Assembly: GCA_037441705.1 (NCBI GenBank)
Contig: JBBIRR010000010.1
Location: forward strand, 1-64,000
Source: Ignavibacteriales bacterium
GTDB taxonomy: Bacteria > Bacteroidota > Ignavibacteria > UBA10030 > UBA6906
Direction of reading: 5' to 3'
DNA: 64,000 bases
The notes below the pieces were generated by a model. It made no database searches. It saw nothing but the letters and a program-made list of their open reading frames with translations, and was not told the DNA's origin. Below, in pieces: positions 48,396 to 58,131 of the stretch (positions within the stretch are counted from its first letter, which is position 1; each line of letters opens with the position of its first letter). A program made the position numbers and the translations under genes.

Positions 48396-48989
48396 ATGGG
48401 CCAAACGCTTCTGATTGCGCTGTACATTGCCTGCGAGCTTATCGCGAACGTGACGGCGTCGAAACCCGTGGAGGTTCTTGGGCTGACGACGCCGGGTGGT
48501 GTGTTCATCTACGCCGTAACGTTCACCCTCGTTGACCTTATCAATGAGCAGGTCGGGAAAATTGGTGCGAGGCGCATTGTCTATGCGGCGTTTATCGCCA
48601 ATATCGTTCTTGCCCTCTACGTTTCGTTGGTCGTGGCGTTACCTTCTCCTGCCTATTACTCACAGCACGCTGCATTTGCGGGCGTGTTGGGGTCCACGCC
48701 GCGCATCGTCGTTGCCAGTCTCACAGCGTATCTGATCAGTTCGCTTCTCGATGTCGAAGTGTTTGCCTGGTGGAAGCGTCGTGTCGGCCGCCATCGTTGG
48801 GCGCGCGTTCTGGTGAGCAATACCATTTCGACCCTCGTGGATAGCGCCGTGTTTGTGGCAATCGCTTTCGTCGGCGTGCTGCCGCTTGCTCCGCTGGTGA
48901 TCGGCCAGTACGCCATGAAAATGATCATCACGCTGCTGAGCATCCCTCTCATCTACCTTGTCCGAGGAACGTCCCGCAGCATCACCTGA
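48396..48989 (+). CDS. yhhQ: Queuosine precursor transporter (YhhQ/Vut_1)
   Basis: ANVTASK, TFTLVDLINE, PRIVVASLTAYL, STLVDS; adjacent to queF. Confidence 0.9.
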   Translation: MGQTLLIALYIACELIANVTASKPVEVLGLTTPGGVFIYAVTFTLVDLINEQVGKIGARRIVYAAFIANIVLALYVSLVVALPSPAYYSQHAAFAGVLGSTPRIVVASLTAYLISSLLDVEVFAWWKRRVGRHRWARVLVSNTISTLVDSAVFVAIAFVGVLPLAPLVIGQYAMKMIITLLSIPLIYLVRGTSRSIT

Positions 48990-49752
48990 GGTGCCGCTTC
49001 AGGAAAACTGCGTCCTTAAGATTGTCGTGCAGGGTTCTTGCGGTCCTGAGCGCTCGCAGGTTGAGGGCGAACCTCATCACGCGGCGGCCTGTCCGGGTTC
49101 TGTTCGATGCGATAAGCCTCCCCTGCGGGTCGAAGACGTAGGAGTAGCCTCCCTCTTCATCCGTTGCGTTACAACCGAGGACGAAAATCTGGTTCTCGAT
49201 TGCACGGGCTTTCAGCAGGGTTTGCCACGCACTATCTCGTATGCGCGGCCAGCGGGCGGGAACGAACAACACGTCCAGACCTTTCCGTGCCATCACGCGA
49301 ATAAGTTCAGGGAACCTCAGATCGTAGCAGATAACAACACCTGCACGGAGGAGGCCGCCCTTCGTTCGAATCGTAAAGGGTTCAGCCTTGAGCTTCCCGG
49401 GTCGAAAGTACTCAGGATCGTTGGTGGGTTTGAACAGATGAATCTTGTCGTACCGATGAACAAGTTTTCCGCCGGAGAATACGAGAGCGGAATTGGTTGG
49501 GGATGGAGTGCCCGCGTGCAGAAACACACTGCCTGCAACAATTGTGCACCCGAGGGCTTGGGATGATTCCCGGATCGTGGAGAGGAGTGGACTGTTCAGG
49601 CTATGCGGTGGTGTTCCGCGTTGCAACGCCGCGTAGCCACCGTCGGCCAACTCGGGGAAGAGCAGGATGTCGAGCGAAGAGAGGAGGCGAGCGTAGTGCG
49701 GTCGACTGACCACATCGGCATCGAAGCCGAAGCCGACCCGCACAATGCTCAT
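48982..49752 (-). CDS. Carbon-nitrogen hydrolase (nitrilase superfamily)
   Basis: FPEL, YDKIHLF, ICYDLRFPE, ARAIENQ. Confidence 0.9.
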   Translation of the reverse strand: MSIVRVGFGFDADVVSRPHYARLLSSLDILLFPELADGGYAALQRGTPPHSLNSPLLSTIRESSQALGCTIVAGSVFLHAGTPSPTNSALVFSGGKLVHRYDKIHLFKPTNDPEYFRPGKLKAEPFTIRTKGGLLRAGVVICYDLRFPELIRVMARKGLDVLFVPARWPRIRDSAWQTLLKARAIENQIFVLGCNATDEEGGYSYVFDPQGRLIASNRTRTGRRVMRFALNLRALRTARTLHDNLKDAVFLKRHLR

Positions 49753-49758
49753 CGCGGA

Positions 49759-49959
49759 TTACTTTCGTGAGATGTTGATGGCGCGTTTCCCCTTTTGCTC
49801 CGTCTTCACTTCGAACGTCACCAGATCACCTTGCCGCAGCTGATCGCGGAAACCCGTCTGCTTCACGTTGCTCTGGTGAAAGAAAATATCCTCTCCTCCG
49901 TCCACCGTGATGAATCCAAAACCCTTTGTTGCGTTGAAGAACTTAACAGTCCCTTCCAT
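49759..49959 (-). CDS. Cold-shock domain protein
   Basis: GTVKFFNATKGFGFI, DIFFH. Confidence 0.93.
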   Translation of the reverse strand: MEGTVKFFNATKGFGFITVDGGEDIFFHQSNVKQTGFRDQLRQGDLVTFEVKTEQKGKRAINISRK

Positions 49960-49989
49960 GATACCATGCCTCTTAACTGATGATTGATG

Positions 49990-50032
49990 AGAACAGAAAG
50001 CCCCAGTCCGAGCCAAGGCCGGGACCGGGGCT
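49990..50032 (-). terminator. Probable intrinsic terminator between the two csp genes
   Basis: AGCCCCGGTCC...GGACTGGGGCT stem followed by TTCTGTTCT on the minus strand. Confidence 0.55.
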
Positions 50033-50058
50033 GTACTGCGTACAATTGGTAAACGTGC

Positions 50059-50259
50059 TTAGATCTTGGTCACGTTCGAAGCTTGCAAACCCTTCGGTCC
50101 CTTTTCAACGTCGAACTGGACTTTGTCTCCCTCGTTGAGGGTCTTGTACCCTTCACCGACGATGGCCTTGTAGTGAACGAACACGTCCTCACCACTTGAG
50201 CGTTGAATGAAACCGAAGCCTTTGGCTCCGTTGAACCATTTGACTGTTCCTGTCTCCAT
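50059..50259 (-). CDS. cspA: Cold-shock protein
   Basis: [26 protein letters not shown]; AAAGGAG RBS. Confidence 0.93.
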   Translation of the reverse strand: METGTVKWFNGAKGFGFIQRSSGEDVFVHYKAIVGEGYKTLNEGDKVQFDVEKGPKGLQASNVTKI

Positions 50260-50480
50260 AGGAACATCTCCTTTTGTAAGAAGTGATCGATGCTGTACGG
50301 CAGAGCCGCCCACTATGGGGCACCAGATTTATTGCCTCTTAATAGCCAACAGCTCTGGTAGCGGGTGTCCACACTCGACTATCACCGCTGTTTTGCCGTC
50401 CGCCGAACGTTCGCTCGAACTTCTCTGCGGGAACGGAACCATTAAAAGTGCAAAAACGGTGTACTGTCATTTGCGGATTC

Positions 50481-50509
50481 AAGATAGCGGTTTCGAACTG
50501 CAATTGCAA
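50481..50509 (-). promoter_or_regulatory. Sigma70-like csp promoter, implying a ~215-nt 5' UTR
   Basis: TTGCAA-N17-TATCTT; long UTRs are typical of cspA-family genes. Confidence 0.6.
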
Positions 50510-50523
50510 GCTGGGGAGATGTC

Positions 50524-50563
50524 AAAAAAACGAAAGGGCAGAACGTATCGCAGCGTTCTGCCC
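50524..50563 (-). terminator. Intrinsic terminator
   Basis: AGGGCAGAACG stem/CGTTCTGCCCT followed by TTCGTTTTTTT on the minus strand. Confidence 0.7.
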
Positions 50564-50618
50564 TCTTCAGGGATATCTGTTCCCCTCCCACCGGGGGGAC
50601 CAGCGAAGCGGGATGGCC

Positions 50619-50780
50619 TCAACCCGTGATGAGATCGTCCACGTCGTACAGGAGATTCACATCCACCGTCCGCCCTTCGGAGCGTAGGACGACGGGCACC
50701 GCCGTCGCTTTGCGCCGCGCGAAAATCAGCGGGATGGCTACCAGCACGCCGATAAGCGTTGTGATAGTAAGCGTCTTCAT
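50619..50780 (-). CDS. Small (53 aa) single-TM protein
   Basis: MKTLTITTLIGVLVAIPLIFARRK...LLYDVDDLITG. Confidence 0.6.
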   Translation of the reverse strand: MKTLTITTLIGVLVAIPLIFARRKATAVPVVLRSEGRTVDVNLLYDVDDLITG

Positions 50781-50794
50781 GCGTTGGCCTTGGA

Positions 50795-50944
50795 TTATTG
50801 GATACACATAAACACTTCGTCACTCAGAATGGAGCTGTAGGTGACGGCATACCATGCTTGCACGTCAATCTCTTCCATCAGAATCATCTCCAAGAACTCG
50901 CGCTCGTTTTTCGAGAGTTCGTTGAACCGATACAGTTTTTTCAT
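50795..50944 (-). CDS. Small (49 aa) acidic protein, below the ORF-track cutoff
   Basis: Manual translation MKKLYRFNELSKNEREFLEMILMEEIDVQAWYAVTYSSILSDEVFMCIQ; G-rich RBS; 14 bp before the next small ORF. Confidence 0.5.
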   Translation of the reverse strand: MKKLYRFNELSKNEREFLEMILMEEIDVQAWYAVTYSSILSDEVFMCIQ

Positions 50945-51262
50945 GGCATCCCCCGCCTGTTAAGTGGTGAATTCTCCGTTCACCTATCTATGTGTACGAA
51001 TTGTGTGCCAGAAAAGATTCTCTCGAATTCTCATCATCTTGTGTGCACCACGAACACAATCATGGACAGGCCATGAACTTTTTGCCTACTTCACCTCACA
51101 CCGTGGGGAAGTTCTTACAACATGTGAGCGGCGGCAGGATGCTTTCAATTCAAGAGGAAATTTCCTATGTTGAATACGAATCAGGCGTCGTTCTCCCCTA
51201 CGGAAGCACCGATTTCCGGAACAACTCATCCCTTTCGTGCACACATTGAAGGAGAATCTCTC

Positions 51263-52318
51263 ATGGTGAAAGATATTGAGCAACTTCTGGGTGCTGATGC
51301 GAAGTACCTCCTGGATCATCAGTGCAAGACCATTCCCAAGGAGGCGCTTCACCTGCCGGGACCGGATTTCGTGGACCGTGTTTGGGTGGGCAGTGACAGG
51401 AAACCCGGCGTGCTGCGTAGCCTTCAGCAAATGTTCAACCACGGTCGGCTTGCCGGCACAGGCTATCTTTCCATCCTGCCGGTGGACCAGGGCATCGAGC
51501 ATTCTGCGGGAGCGTCCTTCGCCCCCAATCCGATCTACTTCGATCCGGAGAACATCGTTAAGCTCGCGCTCGAAGGTGGATGCAATGCCGTTGCCTCAAC
51601 ACTCGGCGTGCTCGGCTCCGTTGCCCGAAAATACGCGCACAAGATTCCTTTCATCCTCAAATTCAATCACAACGAGTTTATTTCCTACCCGAATACCTAT
51701 GACCAGATCATCTTCGCGAGTATTGATCAGGCGTTCGATATGGGCTGCGTTGCGGTCGGGGCGACGATCTACTATGGGTCGGAGGAGTCGAAGCGCCAGA
51801 TCCAGGAGGTGACCGAAGCGTTTCGCTACGCTCACGAGCTGGGAATGGCAACCGTTCTGTGGTGCTATCTGCGCAATGCGGCGTTCAAGACCAAGGAAAA
51901 AGACTACCACGTCTCTGCCGACCTCACGGGTCAGGCAAATCATCTCGGCGTCACGATCGAGGCCGATATCATCAAGCAGAAGCTTCCTGAAAACAACGGC
52001 GGCTACAACGCGCTGAACTTCGGTAAGACGCACAAGAAAGTCTATGAGCAGCTGACCAGCGATCATCCGATCGATCTGACGCGCTACCAGGTTGCTAACT
52101 GCTACATGGGACGCTCCGGCCTGATCAATTCCGGCGGCGCCTCCGCGGGCGAAAGCGATCTGGCAGAGGCGGCGCGCACCGCCGTCATCAACAAGCGAGC
52201 GGGAGGGATGGGGTTGATTTCGGGACGCAAGGCATTCCAGAGACCGATGGCTGAAGGCATCAAGATTCTCAATACGATTCAGGACGTGTACCTGACGAAA
52301 GAGATCACCGTGGCATAA
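51263..52318 (+). CDS. fbaB: Class I fructose-bisphosphate aldolase
   Basis: [47 protein letters not shown]; AAGGAG RBS. Confidence 0.96.
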   Translation: MVKDIEQLLGADAKYLLDHQCKTIPKEALHLPGPDFVDRVWVGSDRKPGVLRSLQQMFNHGRLAGTGYLSILPVDQGIEHSAGASFAPNPIYFDPENIVKLALEGGCNAVASTLGVLGSVARKYAHKIPFILKFNHNEFISYPNTYDQIIFASIDQAFDMGCVAVGATIYYGSEESKRQIQEVTEAFRYAHELGMATVLWCYLRNAAFKTKEKDYHVSADLTGQANHLGVTIEADIIKQKLPENNGGYNALNFGKTHKKVYEQLTSDHPIDLTRYQVANCYMGRSGLINSGGASAGESDLAEAARTAVINKRAGGMGLISGRKAFQRPMAEGIKILNTIQDVYLTKEITVA

Positions 52319-52439
52319 GCAGATGTTGTGGGCGTTCTCTTCGATCGTTTCGAAGAGAACGTCCAGTTGTTGTGCCTTACAAGCTTCCCCAGTCTTCACC
52401 CGACCGCATATCACCAGCCAACGAATTGAAGAGGCAGCA

Positions 52440-53546
52440 ATGGCAAAGTCTCCATCGGTCACGCACAAAACAGCCAGGCCATCCTCGCTCGATCCGCTGA
52501 TCGAAAAGCTCAACTCCTTCTCCGCCGACAACTATTGGGATCTTGGAAAATTTCTGGTAGAGAGAGTCATCCCCACCGCGTTGAAGGAGGGCATCTTCGG
52601 CGATCAGATTCTGAAGCGGATGGCAGACGTGCCGGGGTTCAAGTTCCCCTACCACATGTTGAAGCAGTGCCAGATGTTCTATACCTACTACCCCGACGTC
52701 GAAAAGCGACCGCTGCCGGAAATTTTCTACTTCGAACTTGCCACGAAGGTTGATGACAGCAAGAAGCGTGCGGAGTACGAGAAGCTGGCGCTCGCTCACA
52801 AATGGACGATCTCCGACCTGCAGCGCAAAATTCGCGAGGACGAGCTTGCGCGCCGTGAAGATGAAAAGACGCGGTTCGGTTTTGACTTGAAAGAAAGGAA
52901 CATCTGGTCGTTCGACACGCCCGATCCACGATTTGGAAAGCCGGGGTACAAGGGGAGACTCGCGGGCCAAATCGTCGCCAACGCACTGTACTACTACACC
53001 GAGCCTGGCTGGTTTGTCGTCGATCCCATGGCGGGCAGCGGCACAACCGGCGATGTGATTGCCGGCGTGCCATATTTTTCATCTCTTCGCTGCGCGCTGT
53101 ACGACATCGAGCCGAGCGACAACCGGATTCAACGCGCCAACGTCTTGCAAACCGGTATTCCCGAACAATCCGGCACCGTGGACTATGTGTTTCTCGATCC
53201 GCCTGCAGATTTCTTCCCCAAAGCCGACCACCCTGAGTTCTCTCCTGCGGCGGCAAAAGCGGAAACGATGATGAAGCTGAAGACGATTCTGCGCGAAGGC
53301 GTCCGCGTGCTGCGATCGGGGGGCAGACTTTCGATCATCGTCGAGGCAACGATGGGAGCGTTCGGCTTCGTGGATTTTCCCTACGAAGTCTCGTCGGTGA
53401 TGCGGGAATTGGCGATGATACCGCTCGGCAAAGTATACCTTCCGCGCCGGGGTGAACCGCTGCGCAGCCGAGCACACATCACGGCAGGGGGTGTACGCCC
53501 GATGGCAAGCGATTGTCGGGAGCTGCTCACATTTCAAAAACCCTGA
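52440..53546 (+). CDS. DUF1016(YhcG)-N-like domain fused to a SAM-dependent amino-methyltransferase-like domain
   Basis: YWDLGKFL...QMFYTYYP...YEKLALAHKWTISDLQRKI; then VVDPMAGSGTT, YDI, VFLDPPA, RVLRSGG. Confidence 0.7.
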   Translation: MAKSPSVTHKTARPSSLDPLIEKLNSFSADNYWDLGKFLVERVIPTALKEGIFGDQILKRMADVPGFKFPYHMLKQCQMFYTYYPDVEKRPLPEIFYFELATKVDDSKKRAEYEKLALAHKWTISDLQRKIREDELARREDEKTRFGFDLKERNIWSFDTPDPRFGKPGYKGRLAGQIVANALYYYTEPGWFVVDPMAGSGTTGDVIAGVPYFSSLRCALYDIEPSDNRIQRANVLQTGIPEQSGTVDYVFLDPPADFFPKADHPEFSPAAAKAETMMKLKTILREGVRVLRSGGRLSIIVEATMGAFGFVDFPYEVSSVMRELAMIPLGKVYLPRRGEPLRSRAHITAGGVRPMASDCRELLTFQKP

Positions 53547-53554
53547 GGTGACTC

Positions 53555-53845
53555 ATGGCAGAACGCAGGAAGCTGAACGAAGAAGAAATCCAATCAGCCC
53601 TGACAACTCTCGGGGGATGGAACATCCAGAGCGGAAAGCTCCACAAGGAATTCCGCTTCACCAACTTCAGCGAAGCCTTCGGCTTCATGACGCGCGTCGC
53701 CCTCATTGCAGAGGCCATGAATCATCACCCCGAGTGGTTCAATGTGTACAACAAGGTCGTGATCGACCTGACGACGCACGACGTTGGCGGCATCAGCAGC
53801 CTGGATGTTGAGTTTGCGAGAAGGGTGGAAAAGCTGATGGGGTAA
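53555..53845 (+). CDS. phhB: Pterin-4-alpha-carbinolamine dehydratase
   Basis: [35 protein letters not shown]. Confidence 0.95.
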   Translation: MAERRKLNEEEIQSALTTLGGWNIQSGKLHKEFRFTNFSEAFGFMTRVALIAEAMNHHPEWFNVYNKVVIDLTTHDVGGISSLDVEFARRVEKLMG

Positions 53846-53859
53846 GGGACAGAGAATCA

Positions 53860-54495
53860 TCATCTCTGTGCATTGACGTACTGCAGCAACCGGGATTCAA
53901 TCTCGCTGCGTATTGCCTTCCAATCAACATCCCACAACATGTTCGGCATTGGTTCTCGCTCTGCATCGTCGAAATAACTGAGAGCGCGGAGGAGATGAGC
54001 AATGTCCCTCGTTCCGTACTTCTTCTTGTAGAGACGAATGAGAGTATCAGGAGGCTTGTGGTTCTTCAAGATGGCATAGAGATCAACGAAATCCCGCCTC
54101 GCCCCCCGATGTCCAATCGTTGACAGCTTCATGCACGCAATATCATCCAGCGATGCAAGCTTGCAGCCGAGTGAATCAGCGACGGGGGCCAGAAGTGGGT
54201 ACCGATACTCTATGAACGAGACTTGCACACCGCCTATCAGCATATAAAGCGTTCCCCGACCGGTGGAGACGACCTTGAGAGGAATCCCTCCGCCACTTAA
54301 TCGAGCCTCAAGCTCCCTTAGATTTGGCAGTGATGCTGGGGTGAACCAATCCAGATACTCAGAACGACGATGTCCCAAATACAACGCTGCGGCGGTCCCT
54401 CCGGCAAGGTAGAAGCGTGTTCGCTTCAAGCGCGGGCACAGAAGACTGAGGACCTCACGTTGTCTTTCTGAGAGGATTTCGGCGTGTGGTGTCAT
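53860..54495 (-). CDS. AbiEii/AbiGii-family nucleotidyltransferase toxin
   Basis: FYLAGGTAAALYLGHRRSEYLDWF, IACMK, RDFVDLY. Confidence 0.88.
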   Translation of the reverse strand: MTPHAEILSERQREVLSLLCPRLKRTRFYLAGGTAAALYLGHRRSEYLDWFTPASLPNLRELEARLSGGGIPLKVVSTGRGTLYMLIGGVQVSFIEYRYPLLAPVADSLGCKLASLDDIACMKLSTIGHRGARRDFVDLYAILKNHKPPDTLIRLYKKKYGTRDIAHLLRALSYFDDAEREPMPNMLWDVDWKAIRSEIESRLLQYVNAQR

Positions 54496-54829
54496 GATGC
54501 AGGCGGTTGTACCAGGGATTTTGCTTCGCCGTGGCAATCCATTTGCTCACGCGCCTATGGTCGAGGCCCAGCACGAGTTCCCAAAAGCGAAGCGCCTGGG
54601 GATCAAGTCCGCGCCCCTCGCGCCGCAGCATCCAGCGTCGGAGGTAGTTGTCGGAGACTCGTTGTCGAAGGTACTGAACGGTTTTCCAATCACCGTAGGT
54701 CAGCACGCGTTCGATGATATAGTCAAGATTCTTCTCCCACGTCAGTTCCTTGAAGTCCACATCCCAGAAGAGCCACTTGAGCCGGGAAGGAAGGGGAGTG
54801 CCTTTGCGTTGCGCCCTGTTCGTTCTCAT
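54455..54829 (-). CDS. Putative antitoxin partner (DUF6922-like)
   Basis: LFWDVD, YIIERVLTYGD, RFW motifs; overlaps the toxin start. Confidence 0.8.
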   Translation of the reverse strand: MRTNRAQRKGTPLPSRLKWLFWDVDFKELTWEKNLDYIIERVLTYGDWKTVQYLRQRVSDNYLRRWMLRREGRGLDPQALRFWELVLGLDHRRVSKWIATAKQNPWYNRLHHDTTRRNPLRKTT

Positions 54830-55426
54830 CTATTTTGTGAGCGACTGTACAAGCGCGTTGAAATCCTTCTCTGCCGCGCCCACCGTCTTCGCCGGTCCTG
54901 TCAGTTTGAAGAACACCGAACCTTCCGGTGCGGCAACAATTGCTCCGAGCAGGCGGTAGTTTTCGTGCTTGCCGGTGGCTTGCATCATGGGTCCGCCGGG
55001 CGCGAGATACGTGCCAGCAATCTTCACCAACACCACCTTCAGCCCGTTCACTTCCTTGGTTGATTGTTCCGGTCCCTTGGGGTTTTCGAACTGCTGCACC
55101 CAGCGGTCAATGTTCATCTGCACGCTGCCACCCTGTTCGCTGCCGAAGAAAAACACGCCGCACTCGGCTCCTTCCGTATCGCCCGCCGCGGCAGGAATCG
55201 TGTAGGTCGTGACGCGCATCTGCCGGGCAGGCGCCGCGCTCCACGACGAGGGAACCGTCCAGCGAATGCCCGCAACTGCCCGCACCACCTCGCCGCTGAT
55301 GTCGGGATGGCCCGGGGGCAACTGTTGCTGCGTGAGTTCCGGTGGTGGAGGTGGAGTCTGCTGCTTTTGTTCGCATGCGGAGAAAACAATGGTGGTAGCA
55401 ATGATAAACACTACGCTATGCTTCAT
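54830..55426 (-). CDS. Conserved hypothetical lipoprotein
   Basis: Lipobox FSAC; LPPGHP, GGSVQMNIDRWVQQF, FFKLTGP; TTGATT-N17-TATCAT promoter at 55469-55497. Confidence 0.8.
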   Translation of the reverse strand: MKHSVVFIIATTIVFSACEQKQQTPPPPPELTQQQLPPGHPDISGEVVRAVAGIRWTVPSSWSAAPARQMRVTTYTIPAAAGDTEGAECGVFFFGSEQGGSVQMNIDRWVQQFENPKGPEQSTKEVNGLKVVLVKIAGTYLAPGGPMMQATGKHENYRLLGAIVAAPEGSVFFKLTGPAKTVGAAEKDFNALVQSLTK

Positions 55427-55518
55427 TCGGATACCCTTTCTCTCGATCTGTTCTGTTTGTGTGTTGGTATGATAGCGGATTTGCCGATGGCAATCAAATG
55501 GAAATCGCGGGCAAGAAT

Positions 55519-56277
55519 TCAATGCGAGGAGAGTTCCCGAAACCGCCTCTCGGCGTCGGCTTTGTTCTGGATGTCGCGCGCGGTAATGATGGGCAGGTTC
55601 ACCACGCATGCAAACTCTTCGCGTGCAAGTTCTTCTTTTCCCCAATCAAGATACAGCATGGCAAGCTCGTAATGATGGCGTGGGGCGTCGGGATTCAGCG
55701 CGATCGCTTTCTTCAATGCCTGCTCTCCATATTCATATGACCCGTCGGGAAGCCGACCGAGGAAGATTGCTGCAAGCTGTCGTTCGATCCAACTTAATCC
55801 CCCAAGTGCCCGATGAAAGGAACCAAGAATAGAGTAGGCGATATCGTTGGCAGGATTGAGCTGGATGGCGCGATGGAGTTCATGCAAGATCGTGTGTGCG
55901 TACCGGATTTTCGTTCTTCCGCCGACATGCAGGGCGACGCTGCCGAGTGCAGCAGCGTACCAGGTATGCGTGTCCGCTGAAAGCGAGTCGAGTTCGACGG
56001 CCCGTCGTGCATGCAGTTCTGCTTCGCGGTACAGCCGCTCGCTGGCTTCACCTTCTTCGACATCTCCCATACAAATCAGCACGCGTGCAAGCCGCCAGAG
56101 GACTGCCGCCGAATCGGTGTGGCGCAAAGCCGAGCGATACTCTTCGACCGCAAGCTGGTAGTTGAGCGCACCAAACGCAGAATCGCCGCGGACAACTTCT
56201 TCCGGGCGATTCTGCGCATGCAGCAATGATGCAACGAGGACGACGGAGGAGAGGACACAGCTATTTCGCCGCCACAC
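55519..56277 (-). CDS. Exported TPR protein
   Basis: Signal peptide ending LHA-Q; LWRLAR, RAIQLNP, KAIALNP repeats. Confidence 0.8.
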   Translation of the reverse strand: MWRRNSCVLSSVVLVASLLHAQNRPEEVVRGDSAFGALNYQLAVEEYRSALRHTDSAAVLWRLARVLICMGDVEEGEASERLYREAELHARRAVELDSLSADTHTWYAAALGSVALHVGGRTKIRYAHTILHELHRAIQLNPANDIAYSILGSFHRALGGLSWIERQLAAIFLGRLPDGSYEYGEQALKKAIALNPDAPRHHYELAMLYLDWGKEELAREEFACVVNLPIITARDIQNKADAERRFRELSSH

Positions 56278-57115
56278 GTCTCACCTCAGACCCGGAGCTC
56301 AGCGAAGGTTTGCCGAACGGTCGAAATGCAAACACGAACTGTCGGAAATATCCTTCGGGCACGTAGGTCTTCAATCCATACTCCTGCGCCTTTTCCGCCG
56401 GCAACCACGCCGTGCCGAATATCCAATCCCAGATAGCCAGCTTTGTTGCAAAGTTCCGATTTCGCCCCTTGCTCGGTGTGTGATGCAAGCGGTGCATCTC
56501 GGGTCCGTTGATGAACTGTTGCAGCTTTCCGGTGTGTACATCGAGATTGGAGTGAATGTACATGCCCCAGACAGCGCTGATGACGCCCTTGTAGGAAACG
56601 ACTTCGGGAGAAGCGCTGAGCAACACGATCGGCATGAACTCGACGGTTTGGTTGATGAGAATCTCGAACGCGTGCGAGCGAGAGCCGGAAAGCCAATCCA
56701 CTTTCTTCGGCGAATGATGTGCCTCATGAATACGCCAGAGAAACTTGTTGTTGTGCTGCCAGCGGTGCATCCAGTAGATGTAGAAGTCATGAGTGACCGT
56801 AAAGAAAACGAGCTGTGCCCACAGCGGCCAGTCGCCCATCAGTTGCAACCGCGACAACCCCGTCCACTCGTCCACCGTACGGATGATGTAGTTAAAGATG
56901 ATGATGCCGAGGATGTAGCTCTGCGCAATGGTGTAGAGGGCGAGATCGTCGAAGAACCCTTCGCGCAGCACCTCCTGTCCCGGGTTGTAGGGGAAAATGC
57001 GTTCGAGAATGACAAACAGAGTCGCCGCGCTCGCGATCATGATGATGGACGCAAGTTCAGCATCCGACATCCGCGCGAAGTAATTCACAACCCATTGCAT
57101 AACATCTGAAAGCAT
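56261..57115 (-). CDS. Sterol desaturase/fatty-acid hydroxylase family protein
   Basis: His boxes HRWQH, HEAHHS, HSN, HRLHH; NFA..WDWIFGT. Confidence 0.92.
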   Translation of the reverse strand: MLSDVMQWVVNYFARMSDAELASIIMIASAATLFVILERIFPYNPGQEVLREGFFDDLALYTIAQSYILGIIIFNYIIRTVDEWTGLSRLQLMGDWPLWAQLVFFTVTHDFYIYWMHRWQHNNKFLWRIHEAHHSPKKVDWLSGSRSHAFEILINQTVEFMPIVLLSASPEVVSYKGVISAVWGMYIHSNLDVHTGKLQQFINGPEMHRLHHTPSKGRNRNFATKLAIWDWIFGTAWLPAEKAQEYGLKTYVPEGYFRQFVFAFRPFGKPSLSSGSEVRRVAAK

Positions 57116-57127
57116 ACGCTTGACTCC

Positions 57128-57204
57128 AATCCATCAATCCATCAATGCATCACTCCATCACTCCATCACTCCACCACTCCATCACTCCATCACTCCACCA
57201 CTCC
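57128..57204. repeat. 8-bp tandem repeat (ACTCCATC)~9.5
   Basis: AATCCATC/ACTCCATC/ACTCCACC units fill nearly the whole intergenic gap. Confidence 0.9.
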
Positions 57205-58107
57205 TCACACTCTCACACCCTCCTCCTCGCTCTTCACCCGCCGAAGCTTCTCCCGTTGCTTCAGCTCTTCGGGGTAGACTTTCTTGATACCGTCGCCCAT
57301 CGCTTTCTCGATATCGCGGATGTTGGCGACGAGTCTCATCAATCCGCCGATCTCGACCGATGCCGCCTGATCGCTGCCCCACATCGCGCGGTCGAGCGTG
57401 ATGTGCCGTTCGACGAACGTCGCTCCGAGCGACACCGCCGCCCACGTCGGTGACAGGCCCACCTCGTGCCCCGAATACCCGATGGGGCACTCGGGATAGC
57501 GCTGCTTCAGCACGGGAATCACCCGCAAGTTCAACTGCTCCGGCGGACAGGGATAGGTCGAGGTCGTGTGAGCGATGAGGAGATGTTTCTTGCCGAGCAC
57601 CCGTACCGCACGATCGATCTCCTCCATCGTTGACATGCCCGTTGAGAGGATCAACGGCTTTCCTGTTGCTCGGTGTTCCAGCAGGAGATCGATGTCCGTT
57701 ACCGCAGCCGACGCGATCTTGTAGCAGGGGGGATTGAACTGTTCCATGAACGCTACGGAATCCTCATCCCAACACGATGCGAACCAGAGAATGCCTCGAT
57801 CCTTGCAGTGACGGTCAATTGCTTCGTACTCTCTCTGTCCGAACTCGACCTTGTACCGATAGTCGATGTAGGTCATGCGTCCCCACGGCGTATCGCGTTC
57901 GATGTACCACTGATCCTTCGGCACGCACTTTTCGGGATTGCGTTTTTGGAACTTGACGGCATCGCAGCCCGCGAGGACGGCGCCGTCAATCAGCTTCCTG
58001 GCAAGCTCCAACGATCCGTTATGATTGATGCCGATTTCCGCGATCACGAACACCGGCTGGCCGTCCCCGACCATCTTGTTGCCGATACGAACCACTGCGT
58101 TGGCCAT
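57205..58107 (-). CDS. neuB: N-acetylneuraminate/KDN synthase family protein (short form, no C-terminal antifreeze-like domain)
   Basis: IAEIGINHNG, AVKFQ, KIAS, LSTGM, HTTSTYP, GYSGHE, ERHITLD. Confidence 0.9.
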   Translation of the reverse strand: MANAVVRIGNKMVGDGQPVFVIAEIGINHNGSLELARKLIDGAVLAGCDAVKFQKRNPEKCVPKDQWYIERDTPWGRMTYIDYRYKVEFGQREYEAIDRHCKDRGILWFASCWDEDSVAFMEQFNPPCYKIASAAVTDIDLLLEHRATGKPLILSTGMSTMEEIDRAVRVLGKKHLLIAHTTSTYPCPPEQLNLRVIPVLKQRYPECPIGYSGHEVGLSPTWAAVSLGATFVERHITLDRAMWGSDQAASVEIGGLMRLVANIRDIEKAMGDGIKKVYPEELKQREKLRRVKSEEEGVRV

Positions 58108-58131
58108 GTTACCTCCTCGATGATGTGAACA

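Noticed and set aside
50995-51012. Sigma54 promoter (TGGCAC...) upstream of the small ORFs; similar TGGCAT at ~8190
   Set aside because: The -12 GC dinucleotide is absent in both
57128-57204. Possible CRISPR array, and ORFs 57145..57453 / 57182..57490
   Set aside because: Units are 8 bp with no spacers; the HSITPSL-repeat ORFs are translations of the tract and of neuB in other frames
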